A stretch of 64,000 bases of DNA from a candidate division WOR-3 bacterium (GCA_965648905.1 CBFGIT010000016.1:2281-66280), one strand, 5' to 3'; counted from the stretch's first letter, positions 50,674 to 59,739 are shown. The notes: generated by a model not told the origin, from the sequence alone. Made by a program: numbers and translations.

Positions 50674-51725
50674 TGCCAGACACCCGCGTCTCAGCGCCGG
50701 CGGTCGAGGCGTTCCGCCATGCCCTGCCGAGTCTGTTGCAGGCGGTTGACGAGCGCATCACCGTTGACGCCTCATTTCATTGTGGCGGGATGTCCTGCGA
50801 CCGATTGACTCTCTCCCGTGAGTACAACGAGCAGTTCGGCCGGACCCTGCTGGCCACATGTGACTTCGGCCTGCCTGACCAGCTCGCGCACGAATTCAGG
50901 TGGCTCGTGAATGTTCTGTCCCGGCGCGGGTTTCTGCCCGAATACTTCGGCCGGATGCTTGAGGCATGGAGTATCGCGATCGTCACCCATCTTGGCTCAG
51001 ATGACGCCGTTGAGCTCCTGCTCCTGCTCGACCACCTGCGCGGCACTCTCGGTCTGTCTCTTGAAGCACAGCAGTACGGGACCGAGTTGACGGACGAGGC
51101 CAAGCAGTTCCTCGCCGCCATACTGGCTCGACAGCGGCGTGTTGCCACTGCCCATGCGCTTTCAATTCTCAGGCAGGGCACTCCGCTGCCCGAAGTCATC
51201 AGCCGGGTGGTGCTGCCTGCCCTGTCGAGAATCGGCTCACTCTGGGAGTCGGCGGCCCTGTCAGCGGCTGAGGAGCACGCCGCGACCGAACTCTGCCGGT
51301 ACGTGCTCCTGCAGCTCTTTGATGCCGTAACTCCGGACCCGGCTTTGGGCCGACGGGCGCTGGTTGCGTGTGTGCCCGGGGAAGAACACGCGCTTGGTGC
51401 CCAGCTTGTCGCTGAGTACCTGACCCTCAGGGGCTGGGATGTGTTCGCGGTCGGACGCAGCGCACCACAGGAGGATATCCTGGTCGCAGTCGCCAAGTTC
51501 AGGCCCGAGGTGCTCCTCCTTTCGGTCACGATGGTCGCCAACCTGCTGCCGGCGCGCGAGTTGATCGAGGCAGCGCGAGCTGCCAGCACCAAACTCGGTA
51601 TCGTCATCGGCGGCCGGGCAGCGCAACCAGCGCGGCCGAGACTGGAGGAGCTGGGACTGACCGTGGTGGGTCGTTTCGAACAAGCGCACGAAGCTGCTCT
51701 GACAACGGCCCGGAACGATGCGTAG
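50670..51725 (+). CDS. Cobalamin-binding protein: N-terminal globin/phycobiliprotein-like domain + B12-binding-2 + B12 Rossmann domain (photocobilin-like)
   Basis: 'W-ESAALSAAE-EH' (Wx9EH), 'GEEHALG' (ExHxxG), 'LLLSVTM', 'IVIGGRA'; helical N-terminal 130 aa with 'WL..VL..RG' pattern. Confidence 0.8.
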   Translation: MMPDTRVSAPAVEAFRHALPSLLQAVDERITVDASFHCGGMSCDRLTLSREYNEQFGRTLLATCDFGLPDQLAHEFRWLVNVLSRRGFLPEYFGRMLEAWSIAIVTHLGSDDAVELLLLLDHLRGTLGLSLEAQQYGTELTDEAKQFLAAILARQRRVATAHALSILRQGTPLPEVISRVVLPALSRIGSLWESAALSAAEEHAATELCRYVLLQLFDAVTPDPALGRRALVACVPGEEHALGAQLVAEYLTLRGWDVFAVGRSAPQEDILVAVAKFRPEVLLLSVTMVANLLPARELIEAARAASTKLGIVIGGRAAQPARPRLEELGLTVVGRFEQAHEAALTTARNDA

Positions 51726-52839
51726 GTACGCTGCGGTCCGGATGCTGCTGCACGAACGGTCCACGACCGCGGGCGCGGTTCTCGGTGTTGTCGCGATTGT
51801 CTTTCTGGTTGGCCAGCAGCTCGCCGTGCTCTTCGGGCTTCTTGCGCTCATGTCGGCACTGATTGACAACAGCGGCGCTGACATCTGGGTCGTTTCGCAG
51901 AATACCACAAATACCCAGTCGGCCGGGACTCTGCCCAGCCGCTACGTTGACCGCCTTGCCGGGCTGGATGGAGTAGAATGGGCGCAGCCGATTGTCATCG
52001 GCGCTGGCCAGCTCAAGCTGGCCAACGGGACGTTCCAGCCCGTGCAGATAGTTGGCGTTTCTCGGCCTCAGATGCGCGGCGGACCATGGCAGTTCGCCGC
52101 TGGTTCGAACGACGTGTTGCTGGAGTACGACGGTGTGACCGTGGACAAGTTCGACCTCGAAGACCTGGGTGAGCCAAAGCTGGGTGAGGTCGTTGAAGTG
52201 AACTCACGCCGCGTGCGCATTGCCGGCTACACCGAAGGGTCGCGAGTGTTCGGGGCGCCGCTGCTCTTCACCAATGCCACCAAGGCACGCGAGGTAACCG
52301 GACTGCCGACTGACCGGTGCAGCAACATCCTGGTCAAACTCAAGCCGGGCAAGAGCGTGGCCCAGGCGGTTGCCGACATCAAAGCGCTCCTGCCCAGGGC
52401 CGAGCCGATTCCTGCGGCTGAACTTGCCCGCAACACCAAGTTGTACAACCTGACCAGCACCGGCATCGGCTCGAGCTTCGGGGTATCGACCATGGTCGGT
52501 GTGCTGGTTGGCGTCATCATCATTACCCTGACGATGTACACCAACGTTCTGAACCGCCAGCGTGACTTCGCCGTGTTGCGGGCCCTGGGCGGCCGCCGGC
52601 GCGACGTCTTTGTCATCATCATGTATCAGGCACTGACCATCGGATTCATCGGCCTGCTCATCGGCTTCTTCCTGATTGCCGGGTTCCTGTTCGGGGTAAA
52701 GGGCTCGCGCCTGCCCGCAAACCTGCCGCTCTGGGTTGCGCCGTCCCATGCTCTGCTTACTCTCCTGCTCTGTTTTGGCGGCTCTGCGCTTGCTGTACGC
52801 CGGGCGCTGAAGATTGAACCGGCTTCGGCCTTCCGCTAG
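51718..52839 (+). CDS. ABC exporter permease (FtsX/DevC-like)
   Basis: TM1, 'ADIWV' periplasmic domain, 'RDFAVLRALG', terminal 'IEPASAFR'. Confidence 0.9.
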   Translation: MRRYAAVRMLLHERSTTAGAVLGVVAIVFLVGQQLAVLFGLLALMSALIDNSGADIWVVSQNTTNTQSAGTLPSRYVDRLAGLDGVEWAQPIVIGAGQLKLANGTFQPVQIVGVSRPQMRGGPWQFAAGSNDVLLEYDGVTVDKFDLEDLGEPKLGEVVEVNSRRVRIAGYTEGSRVFGAPLLFTNATKAREVTGLPTDRCSNILVKLKPGKSVAQAVADIKALLPRAEPIPAAELARNTKLYNLTSTGIGSSFGVSTMVGVLVGVIIITLTMYTNVLNRQRDFAVLRALGGRRRDVFVIIMYQALTIGFIGLLIGFFLIAGFLFGVKGSRLPANLPLWVAPSHALLTLLLCFGGSALAVRRALKIEPASAFR

Positions 52840-53559
52840 ATGGCGGCACCGGTTCTCCGACTTGAGGGCGTGGCCCGCGACTTCTCGGACGGCCGCGTCA
52901 CCCGGCGCGTGCTCAAGGAAACCACGCTCGACATCATGCCGGCCGAACTCACTGCCCTGGCCGGACCATCAGGCTCGGGCAAGACCACGCTGCTCACCAT
53001 CATGGGCCTTGTGCTCAAGCCTTCGGCCGGCCGAATCTACGTCACCGGGGAAGACGTAACCGACCGCACTGAAGACGAACTCGCGACTCTGCGTTTGAAC
53101 AAGTATGGCTTTGTTTTCCAGCAGGCCGCGCTGGTCCCGGCCCTGTCGGTGCTCGACAACGTGCTGGTCGCGACTGCGATTCAGGGCGCGAAGGTTCGAC
53201 CGGAGACCCGCCAACAGGCGGTCAATCTGCTCGAGCGCCTGGGCATGAGAGACTACCTCGACGTCCGACCCCAGCAGCTTTCCGGCGGTCAACAGCAGCG
53301 GGTGGGCATTGCCCGGGCCATGGTCGGCGACCCGGCGCTGCTGCTGTGCGACGAACCAAGCTCAGCGCTCGACGTCGAGAGCAGCCACGCCGTGCTCGAC
53401 TCGCTCAAGAGACTAGCGCGTGACCCGCACCGGGCCGTGGTGCTGGTCACCCATGACCCGAGGGTATTCCCCTATGCCGACCGACTGGTGAAGATGGAAG
53501 ATGGTACAATAGTCTACGACAGCCGACTTGCGGCTGAAGGAGGCAGACACAATGCGTAG
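52840..53559 (+). CDS. ABC transporter ATP-binding protein (LolD/DevA-like)
   Basis: 'GPSGSGKT', 'LSGGQQQRV', 'LLCDEP', 'VTHD'. Confidence 0.96.
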   Translation: MAAPVLRLEGVARDFSDGRVTRRVLKETTLDIMPAELTALAGPSGSGKTTLLTIMGLVLKPSAGRIYVTGEDVTDRTEDELATLRLNKYGFVFQQAALVPALSVLDNVLVATAIQGAKVRPETRQQAVNLLERLGMRDYLDVRPQQLSGGQQQRVGIARAMVGDPALLLCDEPSSALDVESSHAVLDSLKRLARDPHRAVVLVTHDPRVFPYADRLVKMEDGTIVYDSRLAAEGGRHNA

Positions 53560-54424
53560 GAGCTTTGGTCGGGTAGTTACGTGGCTCGCCGTGGTCCTGG
53601 TCCTGTTCTTCATCGTCTTCGCCCTGGTTCGTTCCCGTCCAGGAAAACGAACGCCACTCCAACCCAGCCTCGCTTCGGCCCCGGCCCGAGTCTACGGCAC
53701 AATCGAACCGCTCGGCGGCCCGGTCTACGTCAGCGCTCCGCTATCGCGCAGCGTCATCCGCATCGCGGTCCGCGAGGGTGACACGGTCAGGGCCGGTCAG
53801 GTACTGGTCGAGCTTGAGAACTCGGTCGAGGCAGCCCAGGTTGCTGCCGCGGCCGGTCGGGCTGAGGCCGCACGCAAGGCTTGGGCAATCAGCCGAGAGA
53901 CCTGGGAGCGCAGCACCGGGCTCAAGGCAACGAACGGCATATCAGACCAGGAGTACCGCTCGGCGCTGCTCAAGGCCCAGCTCGACTCGGCCTTGGCTGC
54001 CGCGGCTGAAGCAGACCTGCGACTGGCACAGGCGGCCCTCGAACAGCTAACTCTGAAGTCACCGGTCAACGGCCTGGTGTACAAACTCGACGTGAGACTG
54101 GGGCAGACCATGGCTTCCGGAGATGATTCCAAAGTCACCCTCGGCTCGCCCCGGCTCCAGGTCAGGATGTTTGTCGAGTCGTTCTGGCATGACCGACTCA
54201 AGGTCGGAGACTCCTGCCGGGTCTTCGACCCGGAGACCGGCCGCGACCTGGGCTCAGGTGGAGTGTTGTCCATCTCACCCTATGTTGGCGGCCGAACCGT
54301 GCGCACCGAAGACCCCAGAGAGCGATTCGACGCCGAATACCGAACTGCGGTTCTTGAACTCGACACTGCCGGCCTGCCCCTTGGCATGAACGTTGTCGCG
54401 GAACTCCGGTCTGACGCCAGGTAG
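53552..54424 (+). CDS. HlyD/DevB-family membrane fusion (periplasmic adaptor) protein
   Basis: N-terminal TM, 'VREGDTVRAGQVL', coiled hairpin, 'LKSPVNG', 'LPLGMNV'. Confidence 0.88.
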   Translation: MRRSFGRVVTWLAVVLVLFFIVFALVRSRPGKRTPLQPSLASAPARVYGTIEPLGGPVYVSAPLSRSVIRIAVREGDTVRAGQVLVELENSVEAAQVAAAAGRAEAARKAWAISRETWERSTGLKATNGISDQEYRSALLKAQLDSALAAAAEADLRLAQAALEQLTLKSPVNGLVYKLDVRLGQTMASGDDSKVTLGSPRLQVRMFVESFWHDRLKVGDSCRVFDPETGRDLGSGGVLSISPYVGGRTVRTEDPRERFDAEYRTAVLELDTAGLPLGMNVVAELRSDAR

Positions 54425-54428
54425 TCGC

Positions 54429-55385
54429 ATGAAGCCTGTTGTCGTCGTCAGCAAGTGCCTCGGCTTCGCGCATTGCCGGTATAACGGCGAAATCATCGAA
54501 GACCCGTTTGTCCGACGGCTCCGCGACTTCGTCGAATTCCAGCCGGTCTGTCCGGAGATGGAGATTGGGCTCGGGGTGCCGCGTGACCCAATCCGGGTCG
54601 TGTTTGTCGAAGGTCGGCTCCGGTTAATCCAACCGGCAACCGGCCAGGACTTTTCAGGAGAGATGAACGCGTTTGCCGAGAAGTACCTCGCCGGCCTCGG
54701 CCCGGTGGACGGGTTTCTGCTCAAGTCGCGTTCGCCATCCTGCGGCACAAGGGACGTGAAGATCTACAACGAAACCGGCAATGTACTGCCGGCAACAAGC
54801 CGGCAAGGGTTGTTCGGCGCCGCCGTTCTGAGCCGTTTCCCGCTTCTGCCGATTGAGGACGAAGGAAGGCTCAGGAACTTCCTTATCCGTGACCGGTTCC
54901 TCACAATGCTCTTCACGCTGACGCGGTTCCGTGAGTTGACAAAGGAACCGACCATGGCGCGTCTCACCTCGTTTCACGCCCGGCACAAGCTGCTCCTTCT
55001 GACCTACAATGAACAAGTCATGCGCCGGCTCGGCAAGGTCGGCGCCAACGAGGAACATAGGCCTGTCGCCGAAGTGTACAAGGAGTACGGCCAGACACTG
55101 CCCCAGGTGTTCACCCGCCCGCCCAAGTACACCGCAGCCACGAACGTCCTGATGCACGCGCTTGGCTACTTCAGGCAGAGACTCTCGGCTCAGGAGAAAT
55201 CGTTCTTCCTTGACACGTTGGAACGCTATCACAGAGGCAGACTGCCGCTCAGCGTGCCGGTTGGCATCCTGCGCTCCTGGGTTATCCGATTCAACGAACC
55301 TTATCTCGCGCAGCAAGTGATGTTCCAGCCCTACCCGGAAGAGCTGACCGACATCACTGACTCGGGCAAAGGCCGCGACCGCTAG
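54429..55385 (+). CDS. DUF523 (2-thiouracil desulfurase-like) + DUF1722 protein, YbgA-like
   Basis: 'VSKCLG...RYNG', 'VCPEMEIGLGVPR', 'KSRSPSCG', 'EDEGRL', 'FHARHKLLL', 'NVLMHALGYF', 'PYP'. Confidence 0.9.
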   Translation: MKPVVVVSKCLGFAHCRYNGEIIEDPFVRRLRDFVEFQPVCPEMEIGLGVPRDPIRVVFVEGRLRLIQPATGQDFSGEMNAFAEKYLAGLGPVDGFLLKSRSPSCGTRDVKIYNETGNVLPATSRQGLFGAAVLSRFPLLPIEDEGRLRNFLIRDRFLTMLFTLTRFRELTKEPTMARLTSFHARHKLLLLTYNEQVMRRLGKVGANEEHRPVAEVYKEYGQTLPQVFTRPPKYTAATNVLMHALGYFRQRLSAQEKSFFLDTLERYHRGRLPLSVPVGILRSWVIRFNEPYLAQQVMFQPYPEELTDITDSGKGRDR

Positions 55386-55387
55386 CC

Positions 55388-56299
55388 TTGCGCATCGGCT
55401 ACCCCTGCATCAACCGCTCGATCGGCTGCACCTCGGCCCGGACGTTTCGGCTCGCTTCGTACTCAGACGAACGGCTGCAGGAGACGGTCGCGGCCAACCT
55501 AGAGTGCCTGGAGCGCATCCTGCTCTGGAACGTTGAGCACGGCATCGGCTTCTTCCGCATCACATCTGACCTGGTGCCGTTCGCCTCTCACCGGGTCTGC
55601 CGCTTCAACTGGGCGCATCATTTCCGCAGCCGGTTCCGCTCTTTGGGGCGGTTTGTCCAGCAGCATGGCATGCGCATTTCAATGCACCCGGACCAGTTTG
55701 TCCTGCTCAATGCACTGGACAGAAGAATCGTCGAGAGCAGCATTCGCGAGCTGCAGTACCACTGCCAGATTCTTGACCTGATGCGACTGCCGCTGACGGC
55801 CAAAGTCCAGATTCACCTGGGCGGTGTCTACCGCGACAAAGCGGCAAGCAAGGCACGCTTCGTCGAACGTTACCGGAAACTGCCGACCACGATGAGGCGT
55901 CGCCTCGTCATCGAGAATGACGACCGGACCTACACTGTTGCCGACTGCCTTGAGATCAGTCGTGCCACAACTGCACCGGTCCTGTTCGATGTGTTCCACC
56001 ACAAGGTGAACAACTCTGGTGAGACCGTGGCCGAGGCACTCAGGGCCTGCGCACGCACCTGGCGAAGGACTGACGGCGTGCTGATGGTCGATTATTCATC
56101 CCAGGAACCAGGCCAGCGCTGGGGCCGGCATGCCGAACACATCGACTTGGCGGACTTCCGGCGATTCCTTGGCGCGGTACACGGTATGGATTTAGACATC
56201 ATGCTCGAAATCAAGGACAAAGAAGCAAGTGCGCTCGCCGTACTCCGCCTCCTTTCTCCGTCCTCATTCCCCTCTTGCGGCCGACAGCAACGACGCTAG
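55388..56299 (+). CDS. uvsE: UV DNA damage endonuclease UvsE
   Basis: 'IGYPCIN', 'FFRITSDLVPFASH', 'RISMHPDQF', 'IHLGG', 'LVIENDD', 'FDVFHH', 'IMLEIKDKE'. Confidence 0.94.
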   Translation: MRIGYPCINRSIGCTSARTFRLASYSDERLQETVAANLECLERILLWNVEHGIGFFRITSDLVPFASHRVCRFNWAHHFRSRFRSLGRFVQQHGMRISMHPDQFVLLNALDRRIVESSIRELQYHCQILDLMRLPLTAKVQIHLGGVYRDKAASKARFVERYRKLPTTMRRRLVIENDDRTYTVADCLEISRATTAPVLFDVFHHKVNNSGETVAEALRACARTWRRTDGVLMVDYSSQEPGQRWGRHAEHIDLADFRRFLGAVHGMDLDIMLEIKDKEASALAVLRLLSPSSFPSCGRQQRR

Positions 56300-56334
56300 A
56301 CTTAGTCAATGACAGGCACAAATGGAGCACAACC

Positions 56335-57237
56335 CTGAAGCCGGGCGACTTTGTCTTCGTTGACCCCGAGGGCCGCCGGGTCAGACTCGAGATAAGACCG
56401 GTCACCAAGGATGACCTTGACCGCTACATCAACGACTTGCTAAACACTGACTGGGGGAAAGATGAAACGGCAATGGTGCTCAACCCGAGTCTGCAGCTCG
56501 AAGATGTCGTTCAAACCCGGATGTTCAGCGCGACACGCGTCTTCCTGCGGTATCTTGACGAAATCGGTGGCTCGCCGCTGACCCCAACGGGCTGGATGAA
56601 GCGTAAGGTCGTTGCCCAATTGATCGAGCGCATCACTTGGGCCCAGGAGTACGTCAATCCTATCCGGCATGTCATGAAGAAACTGGATGAGTTCGACGTC
56701 AAGCCGATCAGTGCCGTCCGGGCAGTGTGCGACGTCGGCGGACTGGTACGCAAGCACAAGAACACCATCGTCCCGACACGCAAAGGACTCGAACTATGCG
56801 ACGACCGCAGGGCCGGCGCACTCTACCGCCACCTCTTCATATCGATGTTTCACCGGCTCAGCCTTGATTTCCTCCATGGCGGCCGACCGACGCCCCACCT
56901 CCAATGGTCGGTGCCAGTCATCCTCTGGCGACTGTCACTCGTGGCCGGCGACTGGCTTGACATGCCCCGCCTGATAGATGAGACCTTGCTGCCTCAGGTG
57001 CAACGCGAACTCGCGGCTGATGACTTCGACATCGGCCAGTATGTCTTCGCCGGACGCGTCTTGAAGCCTCTGCTCTGGTTCGGACTGCTCGAGACTAAGG
57101 GCGACCCGGAAGACTGGCGCTGGCGTGTGAGAACCGCTGTCTTTCGCAAGACACCGCTTTTCGACCAGTTCCTTCAGTTCCAGTGGCGACTGACGGTAAC
57201 ACCACTTCCGGTCCCGCCCGACCCCCGGTTCAACTGA
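56335..57237 (+). CDS. Hypothetical protein; probable CTG start
   Basis: Long ORF with winged-helix-like 'LTPTG.MKRKVV', 'GLVRKHK...TRKG', 'PLLWFGLLE'; GGAG 7 nt before in-frame CTG at 56335. Confidence 0.65.
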   Translation: MKPGDFVFVDPEGRRVRLEIRPVTKDDLDRYINDLLNTDWGKDETAMVLNPSLQLEDVVQTRMFSATRVFLRYLDEIGGSPLTPTGWMKRKVVAQLIERITWAQEYVNPIRHVMKKLDEFDVKPISAVRAVCDVGGLVRKHKNTIVPTRKGLELCDDRRAGALYRHLFISMFHRLSLDFLHGGRPTPHLQWSVPVILWRLSLVAGDWLDMPRLIDETLLPQVQRELAADDFDIGQYVFAGRVLKPLLWFGLLETKGDPEDWRWRVRTAVFRKTPLFDQFLQFQWRLTVTPLPVPPDPRFN

Positions 57238-57351
57238 ACTGAACCGACGCTCTGCCCGAACCGACTACCTGGAACTCACGGCTGCAGTCCGACCGGCGCG
57301 GTGCCGCCGCCAACCGTCAGGTCTGCTCATGCTCAATCCGGCATGCTACCG

Positions 57352-57939
57352 CTAGCCCACCTGACCTGCCCAACCGACTCGCAGCGCCCGATTGACAGCA
57401 TCAGGCAGGAACGTCCGCGGGTCGAAGGTAGCGCCCAGACGAATGACCGCATCCTTGTGCCCGGGATGCTTCGGACTAGCCAGCGCCTTCTGCAGTTCAT
57501 AGTAGCCGCGCACGCCACCGCAGTTCTCCGGCGGACAGGCGTTCGCGCCGGCCAGACAGAGCGGATGGCCCGGGTAGCGCTCGTCCTTATCGACGATGCT
57601 CTCAACTTCGACCGTGTGCAGCCAGCGGTCGCGCAGGTCGTACTCGTAGACAAAAGCTTGACCGACCTTGGGCGCCACCTTCCTGAGCTGAACCTTGCGT
57701 TCGTCCTTGGTGCGTTTGATGTCCATCTCCGGGTCTGAATACGCCTTGTCCCCGATGTGGAACACGTGCAACTGGCTGTTGGTCCAGCCCAGGGCAGTCT
57801 GCAATACCCAGTGCAGGTTCGCAAGTGTCACCTCGCCCGGAACCAACAGCCTGCGCCAGACCTCAGGCCCTGAATCCTGCAGAGAAACTCTCAGTTGGTA
57901 TATCATGCTTTCGGCCTTTCTTTCAGGCTTAGGCACCAT
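57352..57939 (-). CDS. Plasmid pRiA4b ORF-3-like family protein
   Basis: 'IYQLRVSL...VWRRLLVP', 'LHWVLQ.ALGW...LHVF', 'YEYD', 'ACPPENCGGVRGY', 'FDP'. Confidence 0.88.
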   Translation of the reverse strand: MVPKPERKAESMIYQLRVSLQDSGPEVWRRLLVPGEVTLANLHWVLQTALGWTNSQLHVFHIGDKAYSDPEMDIKRTKDERKVQLRKVAPKVGQAFVYEYDLRDRWLHTVEVESIVDKDERYPGHPLCLAGANACPPENCGGVRGYYELQKALASPKHPGHKDAVIRLGATFDPRTFLPDAVNRALRVGWAGQVG

Positions 57940-57946
57940 GTGCCCT

Positions 57947-58020
57947 AGCATAAACACGGGCCGGCCCTTGTCAAGCCTGTCCGGGGACAGTTTTGATTCT
58001 GCCGGCTAACAGACTATGAT
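57947..58020. promoter_or_regulatory. Divergent leaderless promoters (minus: TTGACA-16-TATGCT, ATG 57939; plus: TTGATT-16-TATGAT, ATT 58027)
   Basis: Hexamers at 57969-57974/57947-57952 (minus) and 57993-57998/58015-58020 (plus). Confidence 0.65.
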
Positions 58021-58026
58021 TCTCGC

Positions 58027-58425
58027 ATTAATACCCGTCTGGTCTGGGTCGTTCTGTTTGCAGTCGCGGTCGGGTTGCTCGTGCTGTTCTCGCTCCGGTC
58101 ACTGCAGTCCGGTACTGCGGCCAACGAGCTGGTAGCAGGAATGGCTGCGGCGCAGCAGTCACTTGCGCGCCAGCACCCGGACACCCGGTTCGAACTGCGA
58201 CTCTCCCGGCCTGCTCCGGGCATCGTCAACCTCATCGTCAACATCGAACCGTCACATGTCGAATCAACCCTTGTGACCACGCTCGTCAGCGATGCTGAAC
58301 AGGCCGTCCGACAGAGCATGGACCTGACCCGGCTCGACACGCTCGTGCTCGCGGTCACCGGCACGGTCGTGCGTTCCATGCCGGCAAAGAACTCGAACGG
58401 AACGTCTGGTATCTCGGGGCCGTGA
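58027..58425 (+). CDS. Small membrane-anchored hypothetical protein; probable ATT start
   Basis: In-frame upstream extension NTRLVWVVLFAVAVG completes the TM helix; in-frame stop at 57994. Confidence 0.55.
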   Translation: MNTRLVWVVLFAVAVGLLVLFSLRSLQSGTAANELVAGMAAAQQSLARQHPDTRFELRLSRPAPGIVNLIVNIEPSHVESTLVTTLVSDAEQAVRQSMDLTRLDTLVLAVTGTVVRSMPAKNSNGTSGISGP

Positions 58426-58441
58426 CCCCGAGCCGGGAGCG

Positions 58442-59125
58442 CTAGAACGAGTTGTTGATGGCCAGCTCGAACACCCGGTTCAGTCTGGTCTCGTCACGGT
58501 TGCCGAGTATGTCGCGCAGACCGGCGCAGAGCCGCATCTTCTCGCCGAACGTCCAGGCCAGACCGAAGTTCAGAAAGCCGCGATTCTTGTCTGTCCGGTC
58601 ATTGAAAGCCGGGTCGTATTCAGCGATGAGCTCGACGCTTCCAGGCAGAAGCTGGTTGACGGCGACAAATCCGTTGAACCCCTGCCAGTAGTTGGCTCCG
58701 AGTGCGCAGTAAGTTCGGCTGACATCAATCGTCTTGCCGACAGAGAGGTAGCCGCCTTTCTCGCGCACCTGGAATGCCGAGTCAACGTAGTCATCGTAGC
58801 CCTGACTGTCAAAGCCGAGAAGCAGATTCGGCACATACCCCATCTCTTCAAGGATGGCAAGCCGGGCCTGGATTTCCGGCCGGTTCCGGCCAAAAAAGGC
58901 CGGTTTGGCACTGCCGATAATCTGATTCCCGCCGTAAGAAAGACCCAGCGTCAGCCGATTGAACAGGCCGACCCCGAGCCGCGCCATCACGCCACCCGAG
59001 CCCCAGAGTCTTACACCGGCATAGTACTCGCCGTGAGCGAGCGAAACCGGTACCGGCTGGTCAACGTTGTACAGGACTGCAAACCCGGAGGCAACGAACA
59101 AGAGCGAAGCGATGAAGACTCTCAT
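58442..59125 (-). CDS. Exported outer-membrane barrel protein (YjbH-like)
   Basis: Signal peptide, amphipathic strands, 'IAEYD', 'LNFGLAW', terminal F; leaderless promoter TTGACA-17-TATGCT at 59134-59162. Confidence 0.65.
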   Translation of the reverse strand: MRVFIASLLFVASGFAVLYNVDQPVPVSLAHGEYYAGVRLWGSGGVMARLGVGLFNRLTLGLSYGGNQIIGSAKPAFFGRNRPEIQARLAILEEMGYVPNLLLGFDSQGYDDYVDSAFQVREKGGYLSVGKTIDVSRTYCALGANYWQGFNGFVAVNQLLPGSVELIAEYDPAFNDRTDKNRGFLNFGLAWTFGEKMRLCAGLRDILGNRDETRLNRVFELAINNSF

Positions 59126-59181
59126 CGGCAACCAGCATAGAGCGACCCAGGCCTGGTGTCAAGAAGGCTCGCCCGCCGCGT

Positions 59182-59210
59182 TTGATTCGGTCCGCGGCTT
59201 ATGGTATCAT
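59182..59210 (+). promoter_or_regulatory. sigma70 promoter (TTGATT-17-TATCAT, with TGn extension) driving a leader of about 165 nt
   Basis: Hexamers at 59182-59187 and 59205-59210. Confidence 0.6.
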
Positions 59211-59379
59211 TACCAGTGGTCCGGGTTACACCCGAGCCGCGGCGCAGGCCGCGGTATCCTGTCCTGCCGAGAACGGCCCGCCGGGTCGCAGTCTCGGCTC
59301 CATATCACATTTCCGTCAACAAGACAACCAAGCTAATCATCCCGGCCGCATGGGCCGGTTTCAGTCTGAAGGAGTACCT

Positions 59380-59739
59380 ATGCCCAGCCTAGGAATGCGT
59401 GGCCCCTATGATTTGAACGACCGGAAGATTGACGAAGTCGTGAAGCCATATGTCCCCGGAGTTTTCGCAACCGGCTATACCAAAGATACCGGCGCGTTTG
59501 TCGTGCGCTACATCGGTCGCTCGGACTCAGACGTCCGGGCCGAACTCAAAGCCCAAGGATACGACGAAACCGCCCGGTTCAAGTGGATTGAGGCGCCGTC
59601 ACAGCGCGAGGCGTTCGAGATGCAGTGTCGTCTCTACCATGACTTCGGCGGCAGCGCCGTTCTGGAGAACGACGACCATCCGGACCGACCCGCGGGCACC
59701 AACTGGCGCTGCCCGGTCTGCGACATCTTCGGTCGCTAG
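59380..59739 (+). CDS. Small GIY-YIG-like protein with C-terminal putative Zn site, catalytically degenerate
   Basis: 'GVFATG...VRYIGRSD', 'AFEMQCRLYHDFG', 'HPDRP...CPVC'; AAGGAG SD. Confidence 0.65.
   Translation: MPSLGMRGPYDLNDRKIDEVVKPYVPGVFATGYTKDTGAFVVRYIGRSDSDVRAELKAQGYDETARFKWIEAPSQREAFEMQCRLYHDFGGSAVLENDDHPDRPAGTNWRCPVCDIFGR

Noticed and set aside
46960-56300. sigma54 (-24/-12) promoter for the NtrC regulator
   Set aside because: No convincing TGGCAC-N5-TTGC found by eye in the intergenic gaps; the target promoter is unknown.
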